From assembly GCA_965238275.1 (NCBI GenBank), contig OZ250186.1:1504001-1568000 (forward strand): a stretch of DNA of 64,000 nt. The letters are read 5' to 3'. A program made the position numbers and the translations under genes. The DNA comes from Nitrosopumilus sp. Its GTDB lineage: Archaea; Thermoproteota; Nitrososphaeria; Nitrososphaerales; Nitrosopumilaceae. The notes under the pieces are model-generated. The model did not search any database and was not told the origin of the DNA. It saw nothing but the letters and a program-made list of their open reading frames with translations. This document shows, one piece after another, positions 1 to 10,176 of this stretch (positions within the stretch are counted from its first letter, which is position 1; every line of letters starts with the position of its first letter).

Positions 1-1
1 C

Positions 2-196
2 TTCATTGCAAATGATGGCGGTGTGGTTCCGGTGGGGCGCGTGGCCGACATTATTGAGACAGTTACAGGACAAAGCGTGACTGAACAGTCGCTTGCGACG
101 TATGACTCCGTGTGGCTGTATGGCCTTGCCATAGAGAAGGCAGGGACGCTAAGGGTAGATGAAATCGCAAAGACGCTGCCTACGCTTGATCCGTGA
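2..196 (+). CDS. 3' end of a probable ABC substrate-binding protein (branched-chain amino acid/LivK-like); partial at window edge, possibly truncated
   Basis: Hand translation from position 2 gives ...LATYDSVWLYGLAIEKAGTLRVDEIAKTLPTLDP*. The YD.VW...LAI..AG helix resembles type 1 periplasmic binding proteins. Confidence 0.5.
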   Translation, partial: FIANDGGVVPVGRVADIIETVTGQSVTEQSLATYDSVWLYGLAIEKAGTLRVDEIAKTLPTLDP

Positions 197-289
197 ATCG
201 AAGACGAGTCAAAGTTGCTGGCTGACAGGCCAATCGTTCCGCTGAGACAAATTATGCCCGTGTTATAATCACTTGTAATGTAGACCTTG

Positions 290-451
290 TGCATAGTAGC
301 GGACAGAATGTTTCGCTCATTTGACGTCGAGGATTTTTGCAACAACGCACCGTTTGCTATGCCTTTCAGGCGTTGTTTCAAGCTGAACGACTGGTGCCTG
401 TATGCAACCCGGATGGAAAAATGAGCGAAACAACATGTCCGGCACCATGCA
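290..451. mobile_element. MITE-like element with ~33-bp imperfect terminal inverted repeats
   Basis: TGCATAGTAGCGGACAGAATGTTTCGCTCATTT (290-322) versus the reverse complement of 419-451, TGCATGGTGCCGGACATGTTGTTTCGCTCATTT. The inner 14 bp match perfectly and there is no credible internal CDS. Confidence 0.55.
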
Positions 452-855
452 TAATCGGTGGCGGCGGTCCCGTGTCTGAAATATGGTGCCTGAGTCCTCC
501 CAGATATGTTCAGGCACATATCCTGCCAGTACGATGACGACGACCCGTCAGGGAACCGTGCCGGATGTAATCCGGAAGATCCCACACGGCCATGCGTGAT
601 TTTGCAGCAGCATCCGTTGTCCCGTGAATGACACATCATGTTAAATGGCGACTCTGTAAGAGAACACTGGTGCGCAGTTGGGTTGTTGGGTATGACGCGA
701 CTCGCATACTTTCCTTTCAAGCACGCCATTCAAGCCGATCCTCGGTCTGTTCGGCACGAACGGCCCGGTTATGGCTCAGAATGGGCTTGGGGATTTACCG
801 CACGCGTACTGGAAAAGCACTTTTTTATTATAGTTCAAATACCAAAAAGCGGAAT

Positions 856-1416
856 ATGCCACAAACGAAACCTATTGTAAGTGTGGAAAATGTTGTAGCC
901 TCGGCATCTGTGGATCAAAAGATGGATCTCAATGAGATCACAAGGACGTTTCCAGACGTAGAGTACCACCCGGATCAGTTTCCCGGGCTGGTCTTCAGGC
1001 TAAAGGTACCCAAGACTGCAACACTGATCTTCACCTCGGGAAAGATGGTATGTACAGGCTCCAAATCAGAGGAGATGGCAAGAAAGGCAGTCAAGACGGT
1101 GGTTCAAAAGCTTCGCAAGGGCGGAATCAAGGTAAAGAAGGACGCAGTAGTGGAGATTCAGAATATCGTAGCATCGATCAATCTGGGTGGAAGGATTCAT
1201 CTTGAGCAGGCTGCAAGGACACTGCCACGAAGCATGTACGAACCGGAACAGTTTCCAGGACTCATTCATAGAATGCTAGACCCCAAGACAGTCATTTTGC
1301 TATTTTCCTCAGGAAAGCTTGTCTGTACGGGTGCTAAAAAAGAGCCCGACGTTTACCGGTCAGTAAACAACCTTCATTCGATGCTAGAAGAGAAGGATCT
1401 AATGATTTATGACTAG
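856..1416 (+). CDS. tbp: TATA-box binding protein
   Basis: Two TBP repeats (VENVVAS...YHPDQFPGLVFR...IFTSGKMVCTG and IQNIVAS...YEPEQFPGLIHR...LFSSGKLVCTG). Start set to ATG 856; T/A box at about 821-832. Confidence 0.97.
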   Translation: MPQTKPIVSVENVVASASVDQKMDLNEITRTFPDVEYHPDQFPGLVFRLKVPKTATLIFTSGKMVCTGSKSEEMARKAVKTVVQKLRKGGIKVKKDAVVEIQNIVASINLGGRIHLEQAARTLPRSMYEPEQFPGLIHRMLDPKTVILLFSSGKLVCTGAKKEPDVYRSVNNLHSMLEEKDLMIYD

Positions 1417-1527
1417 CCATAGATCCAACTTTTTCATTTAAAATCGTCGCCTATACCGGGTACTGTCCGTGCAGTATTCGTCAGGGGCGTGCATGATCTG
1501 CCGTTGGCAGCCGCCGCTGCTGCCGGG

Positions 1528-1857
1528 CTACTTTACGGGACTTCCCGGAGGGACTTGCCCGGATACGGTAAGCCAGAACGGCCTGTCATTTACGTCTGCG
1601 GCCAGCAGCATTGCGTTTGACTCGACCCCGGCCAGCCTCTTTGGCTCCAGGTTCACAACCGCCACTGCCGTCATCCCTACAATCTCATCGGGTTGAAAAT
1701 ACTGTGCGCCCCCTATAATCACATCACGCTGATCCCCGTCTCCCAGATCAATGCGCCCCTTGAGAATCCTTGATTTTCCGGGTATGGGCTGGGCTGCAAC
1801 GATTCTTGCCACCCGGATATCGAGTTTGGCAAAATCATCATACGTGACATCTGGCAT
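1528..1857 (-). CDS. tRNA-binding OB-fold protein (Trbp111/CsaA/MetRS C-terminal-like)
   Basis: YDDFAKLDIRVARI...VVNLEPKRLAGVESNAMLLAA motif. Confidence 0.9.
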   Translation of the reverse strand: MPDVTYDDFAKLDIRVARIVAAQPIPGKSRILKGRIDLGDGDQRDVIIGGAQYFQPDEIVGMTAVAVVNLEPKRLAGVESNAMLLAADVNDRPFWLTVSGQVPPGSPVK

Positions 1858-1926
1858 GACGTATGCGTGTATTCCCGGCTTAAAATGAATTTCGAACCGG
1901 CGATCCCAGGCCGTGAAACCATGCCC

Positions 1927-2652
1927 TCACATGTACATTCCGGTTATCTCTTTTCTGTGCTTTACATACCTGTCAGAGAGCTCGTTGAACTCTGACTGAA
2001 TCCTCTCGTCCTCCTCGCGCAGTCCGGCAGTATCTATGTCCATCTCGTAGAATCTGCCAAGCGCCTCAACGAGCGTTGCTGCTGCTGCCGAATCAGGCTC
2101 CGTGCTGTTTGCCCTTGCCAGCAGGGCTATGCCCTGGATCTCTCTTACCAGGCATTCGTTGAGTATGCCCCCCGGCATGCCTGTAATGAACCCCTGCGGT
2201 ATCATGTTGATGTCCTTGGCTGCCATTGTCCTGATCAAGTCATCCTCTGCTGCGCAATACGCCTTGTTGTCATGCTTCTCGCTTGCAACCCCGTCCAAAA
2301 TCACAATCTCCTTTGAGCCCTTCAATGCAGCCCAGTCCAGAATGGCCGATATCATCGAGTACAGTCCGTCCATCCTTAGGGTCACCTCGCAAATTATTGC
2401 ACAGATTGTTCCTTTTTTGTTTGCATAGAATCTGAAGGGGTGGCGAAGCCTTCCCCTCATAAAGACAGTGGACGGGGGGAGATGCTTTGATCTTATCACC
2501 CCGACCTCGTCCATCTCCAGCTCCTTGATTATGTGGTTTATTGCCACCGGGCCTACGAGGCCGGCCCCTACAAATCCTGCAAAGATCACCGGACTGTTCA
2601 TCTCTACGTCCCTTGTCTCAAAGACTTCCGCCTCGGGAAATTCATCCTGCAT
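1927..2652 (-). CDS. PAC2-family proteasome assembly chaperone
   Basis: AGFVGAGLVG, HPFRFY, GFITGMPGGILNEC and PD..AAA motifs. Confidence 0.88.
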   Translation of the reverse strand: MQDEFPEAEVFETRDVEMNSPVIFAGFVGAGLVGPVAINHIIKELEMDEVGVIRSKHLPPSTVFMRGRLRHPFRFYANKKGTICAIICEVTLRMDGLYSMISAILDWAALKGSKEIVILDGVASEKHDNKAYCAAEDDLIRTMAAKDINMIPQGFITGMPGGILNECLVREIQGIALLARANSTEPDSAAAATLVEALGRFYEMDIDTAGLREEDERIQSEFNELSDRYVKHRKEITGMYM

Positions 2653-2674
2653 GATCTTGTGCTGCCTGATCCAC

Positions 2675-2998
2675 CTAATTATCTTTTTGAGTGAAGAGAT
2701 TCAGCATGGTCCTCCCCCTGCGCGTAATGGAGTATTTTACCCGGCATCCGACTGCCTCCCTTTTGACAAAGTTATAATCCACGCACAGGTGCAGGTAGTT
2801 CAGGAATGATCTCTTCATTCTGATCTCCGACCTTGTATACAGCTCTACAAACGACATGGGACTGCCCCTGAGCTGGTACAGCAGTTTCAGCAGGGACAGC
2901 ATGCTAAAATCCCTCGTCTTTGCCCTTACCACATCCTGTGTCTGCTCGGCCCTCTCTATGATAAAGTCTCCAAACTGATCCGCCACTTCCGGAGTCAT
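2675..2998 (-). CDS. Small winged-helix DNA-binding protein
   Basis: SFVELYTRSEIRMKRSFLNYLHLC...YSITRRGRTML is wHTH-like. Start reassigned to ATG 2998 because the upstream extension looks non-coding. Confidence 0.7.
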   Translation of the reverse strand: MTPEVADQFGDFIIERAEQTQDVVRAKTRDFSMLSLLKLLYQLRGSPMSFVELYTRSEIRMKRSFLNYLHLCVDYNFVKREAVGCRVKYSITRRGRTMLNLFTQKDN

Positions 2999-3241
2999 AC
3001 ACGTGAGCCTTGATTGCATGTACCGTATAGTACGGTACCATGCATTATAAACCTGTGGGGCAGGTCCCGCGTACCAAGATCCGGGATTTGTCGGTATGGA
3101 TTCTGCCAATGGATCTGCGTATCCTGGAGGGACTTTCAATGCGTGCCAAGTCATGGTACGGGAACAAGACAGGTCATGGGGACGGCTATGCTGCTGCTGC
3201 TGCATATCTGGCCCTGACATTCTCCAAATGGGAGCGGCTCC

Positions 3242-4603
3242 TCATATGGCCTCTACCGGGACGCCGTCTATCCTGACTGACGGTGCGGCTGCCGGGCGTG
3301 ATGCCCATTGGATGACGCTTCTCTGGTCGCTCCCAATCCCTGAGATGCCGCCAAGCATGGCATGCAGGTTGTGTATTATCCTGACTGGCACTCCTGGGAC
3401 AACCGTGCCGTCCTTGATTATCCTTATCCCGCTTCTTGCCGTACATGAAAAGTCGCCCCTGATGGGATTTACCGGATACGTATACCAGAGCCTCCCGACC
3501 AGCAGCCCCCTTCTGGTATCCCTTATCATCTCGTCTTGGGACATCCTGCCTGGTTCTATCGTCAGGTTGTGCGCCGCAGAGTCGGGAACGGGATCACAGC
3601 TTCGGCCCATCGGAATGCCGTGCCTTGTGGCGTTTCCGGATGATTCTGCCCCCTCCCCCTCCCTGTAGCTGTCAAACATGTTTGAAAAGGTGCCCCTCAT
3701 GACGCCCCTGTCTATGAGCAGCCTCCTTTGGGTGCCCACGCCCTCGTCGTCTATGGATCTTGTCCCTATTCCCTCTGGCATGTGGGGGTCGTCGGCCATG
3801 CTCAGCTCCTCTGCTGCAATCCTCTCCCCCATTCTGCCTGCAAAGCAGCTTCTCTTTTCTGCAAACGTCTTGAGGTTGAAGTTTGGCGCAACGACAAACG
3901 AGAGCAGCTCTCCCACCGAATACGGCTCAAATATTATCGAGTATCTTGCAGGCTCTACCTTCTGCGGGTTTATTGACCCGACGCACATGTCCTTTGCGTC
4001 CTGTCCCACACGTCCTGCCGAAAAGCCTGACAGGGTCCTTGCACTGGAGTGGCCAATGCCGGATACCGGCATGGCTCCGCGCTCAGAGTCTGCGTTGATG
4101 ATTCCTGCAATGTATGTCGCATCGTCTGCGTGGTGCAGTCCGTTGGAGTTTTCTATCTCAAAACGCTCCGAGACTATGTTAAGCGAGCCTGTAATGGTGT
4201 CGATCATGTCGTCTGCCGCCGAGTTTATCATATCCTGTGCAATGTCTGCAGCCGTTGCCGCTGAGACGTCCCTGAGCCTCCCATCAAATGTCCCCTCAAG
4301 CGGCACGGGATATGCTGCATGCGGCAGCCCGCCCCAGAACTCCCTGGGCCTGAGGTTTTTTGACGAATCCAGAGCATCGTCTATTGCCCCTGGCAGCTCA
4401 CCGCTGCCGGCAGTCTGAATCGAGGCAATCCTCTTCTGGTGAATCAGCCTGATTCCGTACCTGTCATCCAGGCCCTGCTTGACTTCTGCTATCGCCGAAT
4501 CAGTTATCCGTACTGTAGTGACCCTTCTTGTAGCGCGGACCAGCTCGCATTCGTCGATTCCTGCATTCCTCGAATGGGCCAGCGCGTCCTCTAGGGCGGT
4601 CAA
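3242..4603 (-). CDS. pmbA: TldD/PmbA family protein, PmbA/TldE-like (non-catalytic)
   Basis: DDEG, SGNA.R and GDFS motifs; no HExxxH zinc motif. Confidence 0.88.
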   Translation of the reverse strand: MTALEDALAHSRNAGIDECELVRATRRVTTVRITDSAIAEVKQGLDDRYGIRLIHQKRIASIQTAGSGELPGAIDDALDSSKNLRPREFWGGLPHAAYPVPLEGTFDGRLRDVSAATAADIAQDMINSAADDMIDTITGSLNIVSERFEIENSNGLHHADDATYIAGIINADSERGAMPVSGIGHSSARTLSGFSAGRVGQDAKDMCVGSINPQKVEPARYSIIFEPYSVGELLSFVVAPNFNLKTFAEKRSCFAGRMGERIAAEELSMADDPHMPEGIGTRSIDDEGVGTQRRLLIDRGVMRGTFSNMFDSYREGEGAESSGNATRHGIPMGRSCDPVPDSAAHNLTIEPGRMSQDEMIRDTRRGLLVGRLWYTYPVNPIRGDFSCTARSGIRIIKDGTVVPGVPVRIIHNLHAMLGGISGIGSDQRSVIQWASRPAAAPSVRIDGVPVEAI

Positions 4604-5859
4604 CTCTTTCTTGGATTCTTGTAGTTGAACCTGTTGATCTTTATCAGCTCCGCGTATGATCCAAAGCGGGACGTGTCTGTGACGGCATCCAGTCCCTCCT
4701 CCACGCCCTCGTCCTCCCCGTCAAACCTCCTCAGGATGTTATACGTGGTGTCCCTCTCGGCCGGTACCCTTCCTATCTCCCTTGCCATCCTTCTGATCTC
4801 CATGGGCCTTAGCAGCTGTCCGTGGTCTGCGCCTGCAGACGTGGATATGCTCTCGTTGATCAGCGTTCCGCCAAAGTCGTTTGCGCCCCACATGAGCAGC
4901 AGCTGGGAGAGTTTCTGCCCTTCCTTTACCCATGACATCTGTATGTTGTTGATGGAGTTGTTGAGCATGATTCTTGCAATGGCGTGCGTGAGAAGCACGT
5001 CGTTGCCGCTGCCGCCCGGCCTGATTCCCTCGTGGAGGTGGCGGGTGTACATGGGCGCCTCGCTATGGACAAAGTCCAGCGGCACAAACTCCGTGAATCC
5101 TCCCGTCTCCTTTTGAATGTCCCTCAGCCTCACGATGTGCTCTATCCTGTCCTTGAGGGTCTCCAGGTGCCCGAACATCATCGTCGACGTGGTGTTTATC
5201 CCGATTCTGTGCGCCTCCTTGATTACGTGCTCCCAGTCCCTTACGCTTATCCTTCCCGGGGATATCTTGTCCCTCAGCTCCTGGTTGAGGATCTCAGCTG
5301 ATGTCCCGGGCAGGGTGCCGACCCCTGCATCCTTCATCCTTTTGAGAAACTCCCTTACCGGCACCTGCAGCCTCTTTGCGCCGTAAAGGATCTCCTCTGG
5401 TGAGAATCCGTGGATGTGGATATCCGGAATCTCCCTCTTGATCTCCCTGCAGATGTTCTCGTACATGTCGCCTGGCATGTCCGGCGGCAGTCCCGCCTGG
5501 ATGCAGACCTCGGTTGCCCCCAGGCTGTGGGCCTCCTTTGCCCTCCGGACAATCTCCTCGACTGGCAGGAGGTAGCCCTCCTCCTCCCTAAAGTCCCTGC
5601 TGAATGCGCAAAAGCCGCACTGCTTTATGCAGACGTTTGTAAAGTTGATGTTCCTGTTTACCACGTACGTCACAACATCCCCGATCCTCTTCCTTCTGAT
5701 CTCGTCGGCTGCCATCCCTACGAGGTGAAAGTCCGTGCCTGCAGCGCCGTACAGCGCCAGTCCGTCTCTGGCAGATACCTCCCTGTCAGAAAGCGCCCTG
5801 TCCAGAATGCCTGCAATGACCGGGTCTGCATTCTTGAGAAGCGCCTCTGTAACTGTCAT
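4600..5859 (-). CDS. cofH: FO synthase subunit 2 (radical SAM, F420 biosynthesis)
   Basis: NRNINFTNVCIKQCGFCAF, PGTSAEIL, TMMFGH and GANDFGGTLINESIS. ATG 5859 overlaps the cofG stop (ATGA). Confidence 0.92.
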   Translation of the reverse strand: MTVTEALLKNADPVIAGILDRALSDREVSARDGLALYGAAGTDFHLVGMAADEIRRKRIGDVVTYVVNRNINFTNVCIKQCGFCAFSRDFREEEGYLLPVEEIVRRAKEAHSLGATEVCIQAGLPPDMPGDMYENICREIKREIPDIHIHGFSPEEILYGAKRLQVPVREFLKRMKDAGVGTLPGTSAEILNQELRDKISPGRISVRDWEHVIKEAHRIGINTTSTMMFGHLETLKDRIEHIVRLRDIQKETGGFTEFVPLDFVHSEAPMYTRHLHEGIRPGGSGNDVLLTHAIARIMLNNSINNIQMSWVKEGQKLSQLLLMWGANDFGGTLINESISTSAGADHGQLLRPMEIRRMAREIGRVPAERDTTYNILRRFDGEDEGVEEGLDAVTDTSRFGSYAELIKINRFNYKNPRKS

Positions 5860-7034
5860 CTCCAGTACTCCTCCCTTACGAGCCCCTCCTCGTCCTCGAT
5901 TACTGAGATCTTCTCCCTGAGCCTGCTGCTGCTGTTGCTGATCATTCCAAGGAACTCCGGATACACCGGAAACCTGCAGCCAAGCCTGAATCCTGCGTCT
6001 GCCGATCTCTTCTCCATCATGCCAATCTCGGGCCATGCAAACTCCGGATTGACATGATCCGGCGTAATTGGGGATATTCCGCCCCAGTCGTTTATCCCGA
6101 CTGTGAGGAACTCGTGGTATGATTCGGGGGACAGGTTGGGCGGAATCTGGATGTTCATCTCAGGCATGATGACTCTTGCAAGGGCCACAATTATCTTAAA
6201 GTGGTCGTGGCCGGCAGGCGGACAGCCGCGCATCCCGGTATCTGGTTTTGGCTGAAAGTTCTGCAGGATTATCTCCTGGATGTTTCCATGCCTGTGATGA
6301 ATGCCCCTTATTGCAAGGAGGGAATCGATGGTCTCCTCTGCAGTCTCCCCTATCCCAATCAGTATTCCCGTAGTCATGGGGATTTGAAGCCTTCCTGCAT
6401 CCGCAAGCGTCTGCATTCTGGCCTCCGGCCTCTTGCTTGCCGCCATGTGGTGGGGCATTCCCCTCTCAGTCAGCCTCTCGCTTACGTTCTCAAGCATCAG
6501 GCCCATGGAGACGTTTGTCTTCTTCAACTCCCTCATGTCCTCCATGCTCAGGTTTCCTGCGTTTGTGTGTGGGAACAGGCCAATCTCCAGTGCGGCCTCT
6601 GATGCATGAATCAGATACTCTGCAGTGGTTCCAAACCCGTTGCCTGCCAGCCACTCCCGCACCTCGGAGTATCTCTGCTCCGGGCTCTCGCCGGTGACAA
6701 AAAGCGCCTCTACGCACCTGTATCTTTTTGCAAGACGCAGCATGTCTGTCGTCTGCTGCCATGACATCATCGATGCCTTCTCCTCCCCGGGCTCTGCCTT
6801 GTATGTGCAGTACGTGCATGTGTCCCTGCACAGGTTGACTATGTTGAGGAACGCCTTTTTTGAGAACGTGACTGCGTCCCCCTTGAACCTCTTTCGCAGG
6901 GTTTGTGCAGTCGAGAACAGCTCGCCAGGATTCCTTGTGGCATTTTGATAAATTTCAACTAGTTCCTGACGCGTGACTGCCCTGTTATCCAGTATGCCGT
7001 TTAAACTCTCCGAGCTTAATACAAGCTTGTTCAA
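5856..7034 (-). CDS. cofG: FO synthase subunit 1 (radical SAM)
   Basis: CRDTCTYC, PHTNAG, SMGLMLE, QNFQPK, QIPPNL, GINDWGGISP and NPEFAWP. TTG start at 7034 is inferred. Confidence 0.92.
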   Translation of the reverse strand: MNKLVLSSESLNGILDNRAVTRQELVEIYQNATRNPGELFSTAQTLRKRFKGDAVTFSKKAFLNIVNLCRDTCTYCTYKAEPGEEKASMMSWQQTTDMLRLAKRYRCVEALFVTGESPEQRYSEVREWLAGNGFGTTAEYLIHASEAALEIGLFPHTNAGNLSMEDMRELKKTNVSMGLMLENVSERLTERGMPHHMAASKRPEARMQTLADAGRLQIPMTTGILIGIGETAEETIDSLLAIRGIHHRHGNIQEIILQNFQPKPDTGMRGCPPAGHDHFKIIVALARVIMPEMNIQIPPNLSPESYHEFLTVGINDWGGISPITPDHVNPEFAWPEIGMMEKRSADAGFRLGCRFPVYPEFLGMISNSSSRLREKISVIEDEEGLVREEYWR

Positions 7035-7071
7035 TAGAATGGATTCCGGACTGGCTGTATTTATTCTTGCG

Positions 7072-8337
7072 CTAATTCGGACCAGGCCTTGCCTGCAGCA
7101 CGATTGTAACATCAATAGTCTGGCCGTCCCTTAGAATTCCCAAAACCATCTCGTCTCCTACCGTCTTTATCCTCTGAAGGTGTATCAGGATGTCATCGAT
7201 CTTTCTGACATCGGTCCCGTCCACCGATAATATGACATCCCCGCCTACATGATAGTCTGTCCCGTCGACCTGGATGATCTCGTCTGAACCCCCGAGCCCC
7301 CCATTGTATGCAGGACTGTCCTCCACGACAGTTACAATCAGAAATCCTATGGACTCCTCCAGTCCTAAAACGTCGGCCAAATCCGGATAGATGTCGGTTC
7401 CGGAGATTCCGACCCACGGGTGCCTGTACTCCCCGGTCTCAATCAGTATGGGTATTATCTTTTTGATGGTCTGTGACGGAATTGCAAATCCCACGCCTGT
7501 AAATTCTCCTGTGGCAGACTGGATTGCAGTGTTGATCCCAACAGTCTCCCCCATCATGTTCAAAAGCGGACCGCCGGAATTCCCGGGATTGATTGCAGTG
7601 TCTGTCTGGATTACATCCGGTATGGAGTATCCCGTGTTTGACGGAAGGAGCCTTCCCAGCTGGCTTATTATCCCTGCCGTCATTGATCCTGACAGGCCAA
7701 ACGGATTTCCTATGGCCGCCACTGACTCCCCCACGCGGAGACTGGATGAGTTGCCAAGCACCAGCGGATGCAGAAGCGATGCGTCTGCGTCCACCCTGAC
7801 TACTGCAACGTCGGCAGACTCGTCTGCCCCTATGATCTCTGCCTTGTATGATCTTCCGTCCAGAAACGTGACTACCACCTTTTGTGCGTCCTGGACTACG
7901 TGTGCATTGGTTATGACATGCCCCTTCTTGTCAAAGACGAATCCTGATCCTACAGTCCGCCCTTCGTTATCCATGATCACCCTCTCCACATTGACCCTGA
8001 CCACTCCTGGTTCTGCCCTCTCAAATATCTCCATTAGGGAGAAGACCTCCATTGGGGAATCCGATGCAGCCCCTGAGAGAATGCCTTCCATGGATTCACC
8101 CTGCTGCCCTGACAGGGCAGACACCTTCTCTGACAGGACAGATACCCTCTCTGACAGGGCAGACACTGCCTCTAGCGTCTGCTGTTCTGTCCCATCACCT
8201 CCTCCTCCTCCTGCAAGACCGGCAGTATCTGCCGGAGTGACTACTACCTCTGCAGGCGTGATGAAGGGCACTGATACGATTGCAGCTGCTATTATTGCAC
8301 CAACTATCACAACGGTTAGCTGGTTTGAGACGCTCAT
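7072..8337 (-). CDS. htrA: HtrA/DegP-type serine protease with PDZ domain and N-terminal membrane anchor
   Basis: GSGF, TNAHVV, IQTDTAINPGNSGGPL, C-terminal PDZ-like GDVILSVDG; hydrophobic N-terminus. Confidence 0.93.
   Translation of the reverse strand: MSVSNQLTVVIVGAIIAAAIVSVPFITPAEVVVTPADTAGLAGGGGGDGTEQQTLEAVSALSERVSVLSEKVSALSGQQGESMEGILSGAASDSPMEVFSLMEIFERAEPGVVRVNVERVIMDNEGRTVGSGFVFDKKGHVITNAHVVQDAQKVVVTFLDGRSYKAEIIGADESADVAVVRVDADASLLHPLVLGNSSSLRVGESVAAIGNPFGLSGSMTAGIISQLGRLLPSNTGYSIPDVIQTDTAINPGNSGGPLLNMMGETVGINTAIQSATGEFTGVGFAIPSQTIKKIIPILIETGEYRHPWVGISGTDIYPDLADVLGLEESIGFLIVTVVEDSPAYNGGLGGSDEIIQVDGTDYHVGGDVILSVDGTDVRKIDDILIHLQRIKTVGDEMVLGILRDGQTIDVTIVLQARPGPN
8109..8166. repeat. 21-bp in-frame tandem repeat (about 2.8 copies) inside htrA
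   Basis: CTGACAGGGCAGACACCTTCT / CTGACAGGACAGATACCCTCT / CTGACAGGGCAGACAC, encoding VSALSER-VSVLSEK-VSALS heptads. Confidence 0.8.
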
Positions 8338-8490
8338 GTGGTCTCTGGATCAGTTTTCTATCTAAAAGGCTTATGTTCCTGGATTTTTGACAGGCGCCCT
8401 GGTCAAAATTATACCCTGAATCATGTATGCCGTGAACAAACAGACACGCTTACCTGCACATGTGGGTGCAGACAGGATCTGCCATAATTT

Positions 8491-9705
8491 CTAGATGCGC
8501 ACTCCTGACTGTGCCTGGCTGTGATCCGTCTTGGAGTAGCTTCTTCCCCTCCATGTTACAGAAGACGACTTGTTTGCCTGGAGCAGGCCGCTTAGGAACC
8601 CCAGCGTGACTACCAGCCCGCCTAAAGGCGCAGACAGCGCATAGACGGATCTCAGTCCGAGTCCGACCCTTGTCTCGACCAGCGCCCCGATGTGGACTAG
8701 CAGGGATGCGGCTCCTGCGACTGCACACAGCACGCCTGCTGATGTGGTGTCCGGCATGGATGCCACTGACGCAACGAATACCGGAAACGGCACAAACAGC
8801 AAAAATGTGACTGCGACAAATGCCCCCACTGCCATCCATCCGTTCTGAAGATACAGGGGAACCATCAGCCTCTTCAGGGCGTTCCACAGCGTGCCCCTGT
8901 CCCTGGCCCAGATTGCCTCTATTAGGTGCTCCCCCCTTACCATCCTTATACTGTGTCCCATCTCCTTTGCCTTTCTGCCAAGGGCACCGTCCTCGATTAT
9001 CTCCTGCCTTACCCCCTCGTGTGTCCCTATGCTTTCGTAGGTTTTCCTCCAAAGTATGAAAAAGCTTCCAAAAAAGTAGCCTGTCTTCTTTGCCGGATTG
9101 TTTACATTCAATGCAGAAAACCGGGTATGCAGAAACGTCGAGATCATCGGGAGTGTGATCCTAGTCCAGACATCCCGCGTCAGCATCCTTGGAATTACAG
9201 ACAGGGCATCCAGGTCAGACGAGATTAGATGGGCCACTGCCATCGATATCACCTTCTTGGAGTGTCTTGTGTCTGCATCCGTAAACAGCAAAAGATCCCC
9301 TGTGGCCTTTCTGTACCCTTCCATGCATGCCCAGTTCTTTCCCATCCACCCCTCGGGCTTGGGCCTTGCAGAGACCGGAACCACATTGGGGTATCTCTGC
9401 GCAAACTCTGAGATTATGCCCCATGTGCCATCCTCAGACGAGTCGTCGATTACAACTATTTCGTAGTCCTCATAATCCTGAATGGCAAGGGACTCCAGAC
9501 ACCTTCCGACAAATCCCTCCTCGTTTCTTGCAGGAATTATTACAGATACCCGGGGGCGTGACTTTGACGTGTCTGTAAACCTGTCAAGGTACGGGGTCAG
9601 CCTGAATGAATTCATCATTGATTTGATGAGGAATACCCATGCCCCGCACACCCCAACAAGAATCGCGGCCAGCAAATAGTTGAGGATGTCAGCTACCGGA
9701 TCCAT
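8491..9705 (-). CDS. Membrane glycosyltransferase family 2
   Basis: VSVIIPARNEE, DDSSEDGT, GWMGKNWAC, LLFTDAD and IIEDGALG; transmembrane segments at both ends. Confidence 0.9.
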   Translation of the reverse strand: MDPVADILNYLLAAILVGVCGAWVFLIKSMMNSFRLTPYLDRFTDTSKSRPRVSVIIPARNEEGFVGRCLESLAIQDYEDYEIVVIDDSSEDGTWGIISEFAQRYPNVVPVSARPKPEGWMGKNWACMEGYRKATGDLLLFTDADTRHSKKVISMAVAHLISSDLDALSVIPRMLTRDVWTRITLPMISTFLHTRFSALNVNNPAKKTGYFFGSFFILWRKTYESIGTHEGVRQEIIEDGALGRKAKEMGHSIRMVRGEHLIEAIWARDRGTLWNALKRLMVPLYLQNGWMAVGAFVAVTFLLFVPFPVFVASVASMPDTTSAGVLCAVAGAASLLVHIGALVETRVGLGLRSVYALSAPLGGLVVTLGFLSGLLQANKSSSVTWRGRSYSKTDHSQAQSGVRI

Positions 9706-9708
9706 GAA

Positions 9709-10125
9709 TCATCCCTCGACTTCGGCCTTGATGCTGTGCATGGCCTGTTCGGTCCCGCTCTTGATGTGGCTTTTAATCATGCCTGTAAACATCCCCATCA
9801 TGCCTGTCAGCCTTATGTTCCATGTGGTGCGGAGTACGGTGTTGTCGCCTCTTGGCACCAGCAGTATCGTCTTGTCCCCGTCAATGATGCCCTTGACGAA
9901 TCTTGCCTCGATCCTCTCCTTGGGGTACATTTGGACATCCTGCAGGCATTTTTGATCCCTGAATGCGATCGTAATCTCCCTGTGAATCTTGTTTTTCTCC
10001 CTGGATATGTTTCTGATCTCCTTTGTCCCCTTCCAAAATCTTGGCTCAGAGTCCACATCCGAGACTATCTCCCACACTGCATCGGGTGTGGCGTTGATCT
10101 CCACTTCGACGTCAATTGTGACCAT
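9709..10125 (-). CDS. SRPBCC/START (polyketide cyclase-like) ligand-binding protein
   Basis: VEINATPDAVWEIVSD..P.FW signature; 138 aa. Confidence 0.85.
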   Translation of the reverse strand: MVTIDVEVEINATPDAVWEIVSDVDSEPRFWKGTKEIRNISREKNKIHREITIAFRDQKCLQDVQMYPKERIEARFVKGIIDGDKTILLVPRGDNTVLRTTWNIRLTGMMGMFTGMIKSHIKSGTEQAMHSIKAEVEG

Positions 10126-10176
10126 GCCCTGCCTGTACTGTTCCGCATTAAATATATTAGATTGGCATCTTGGTAC

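Noticed and set aside
628-855. N-terminal extension of TBP (likewise the extensions of cofH, cofG, lysS, elp3, aroK, the 2675 wHTH and the Mrr-like gene)
   Set aside because: Longest-ORF artefacts. They span promoters or neighbouring genes, and the family motifs begin at the downstream starts.
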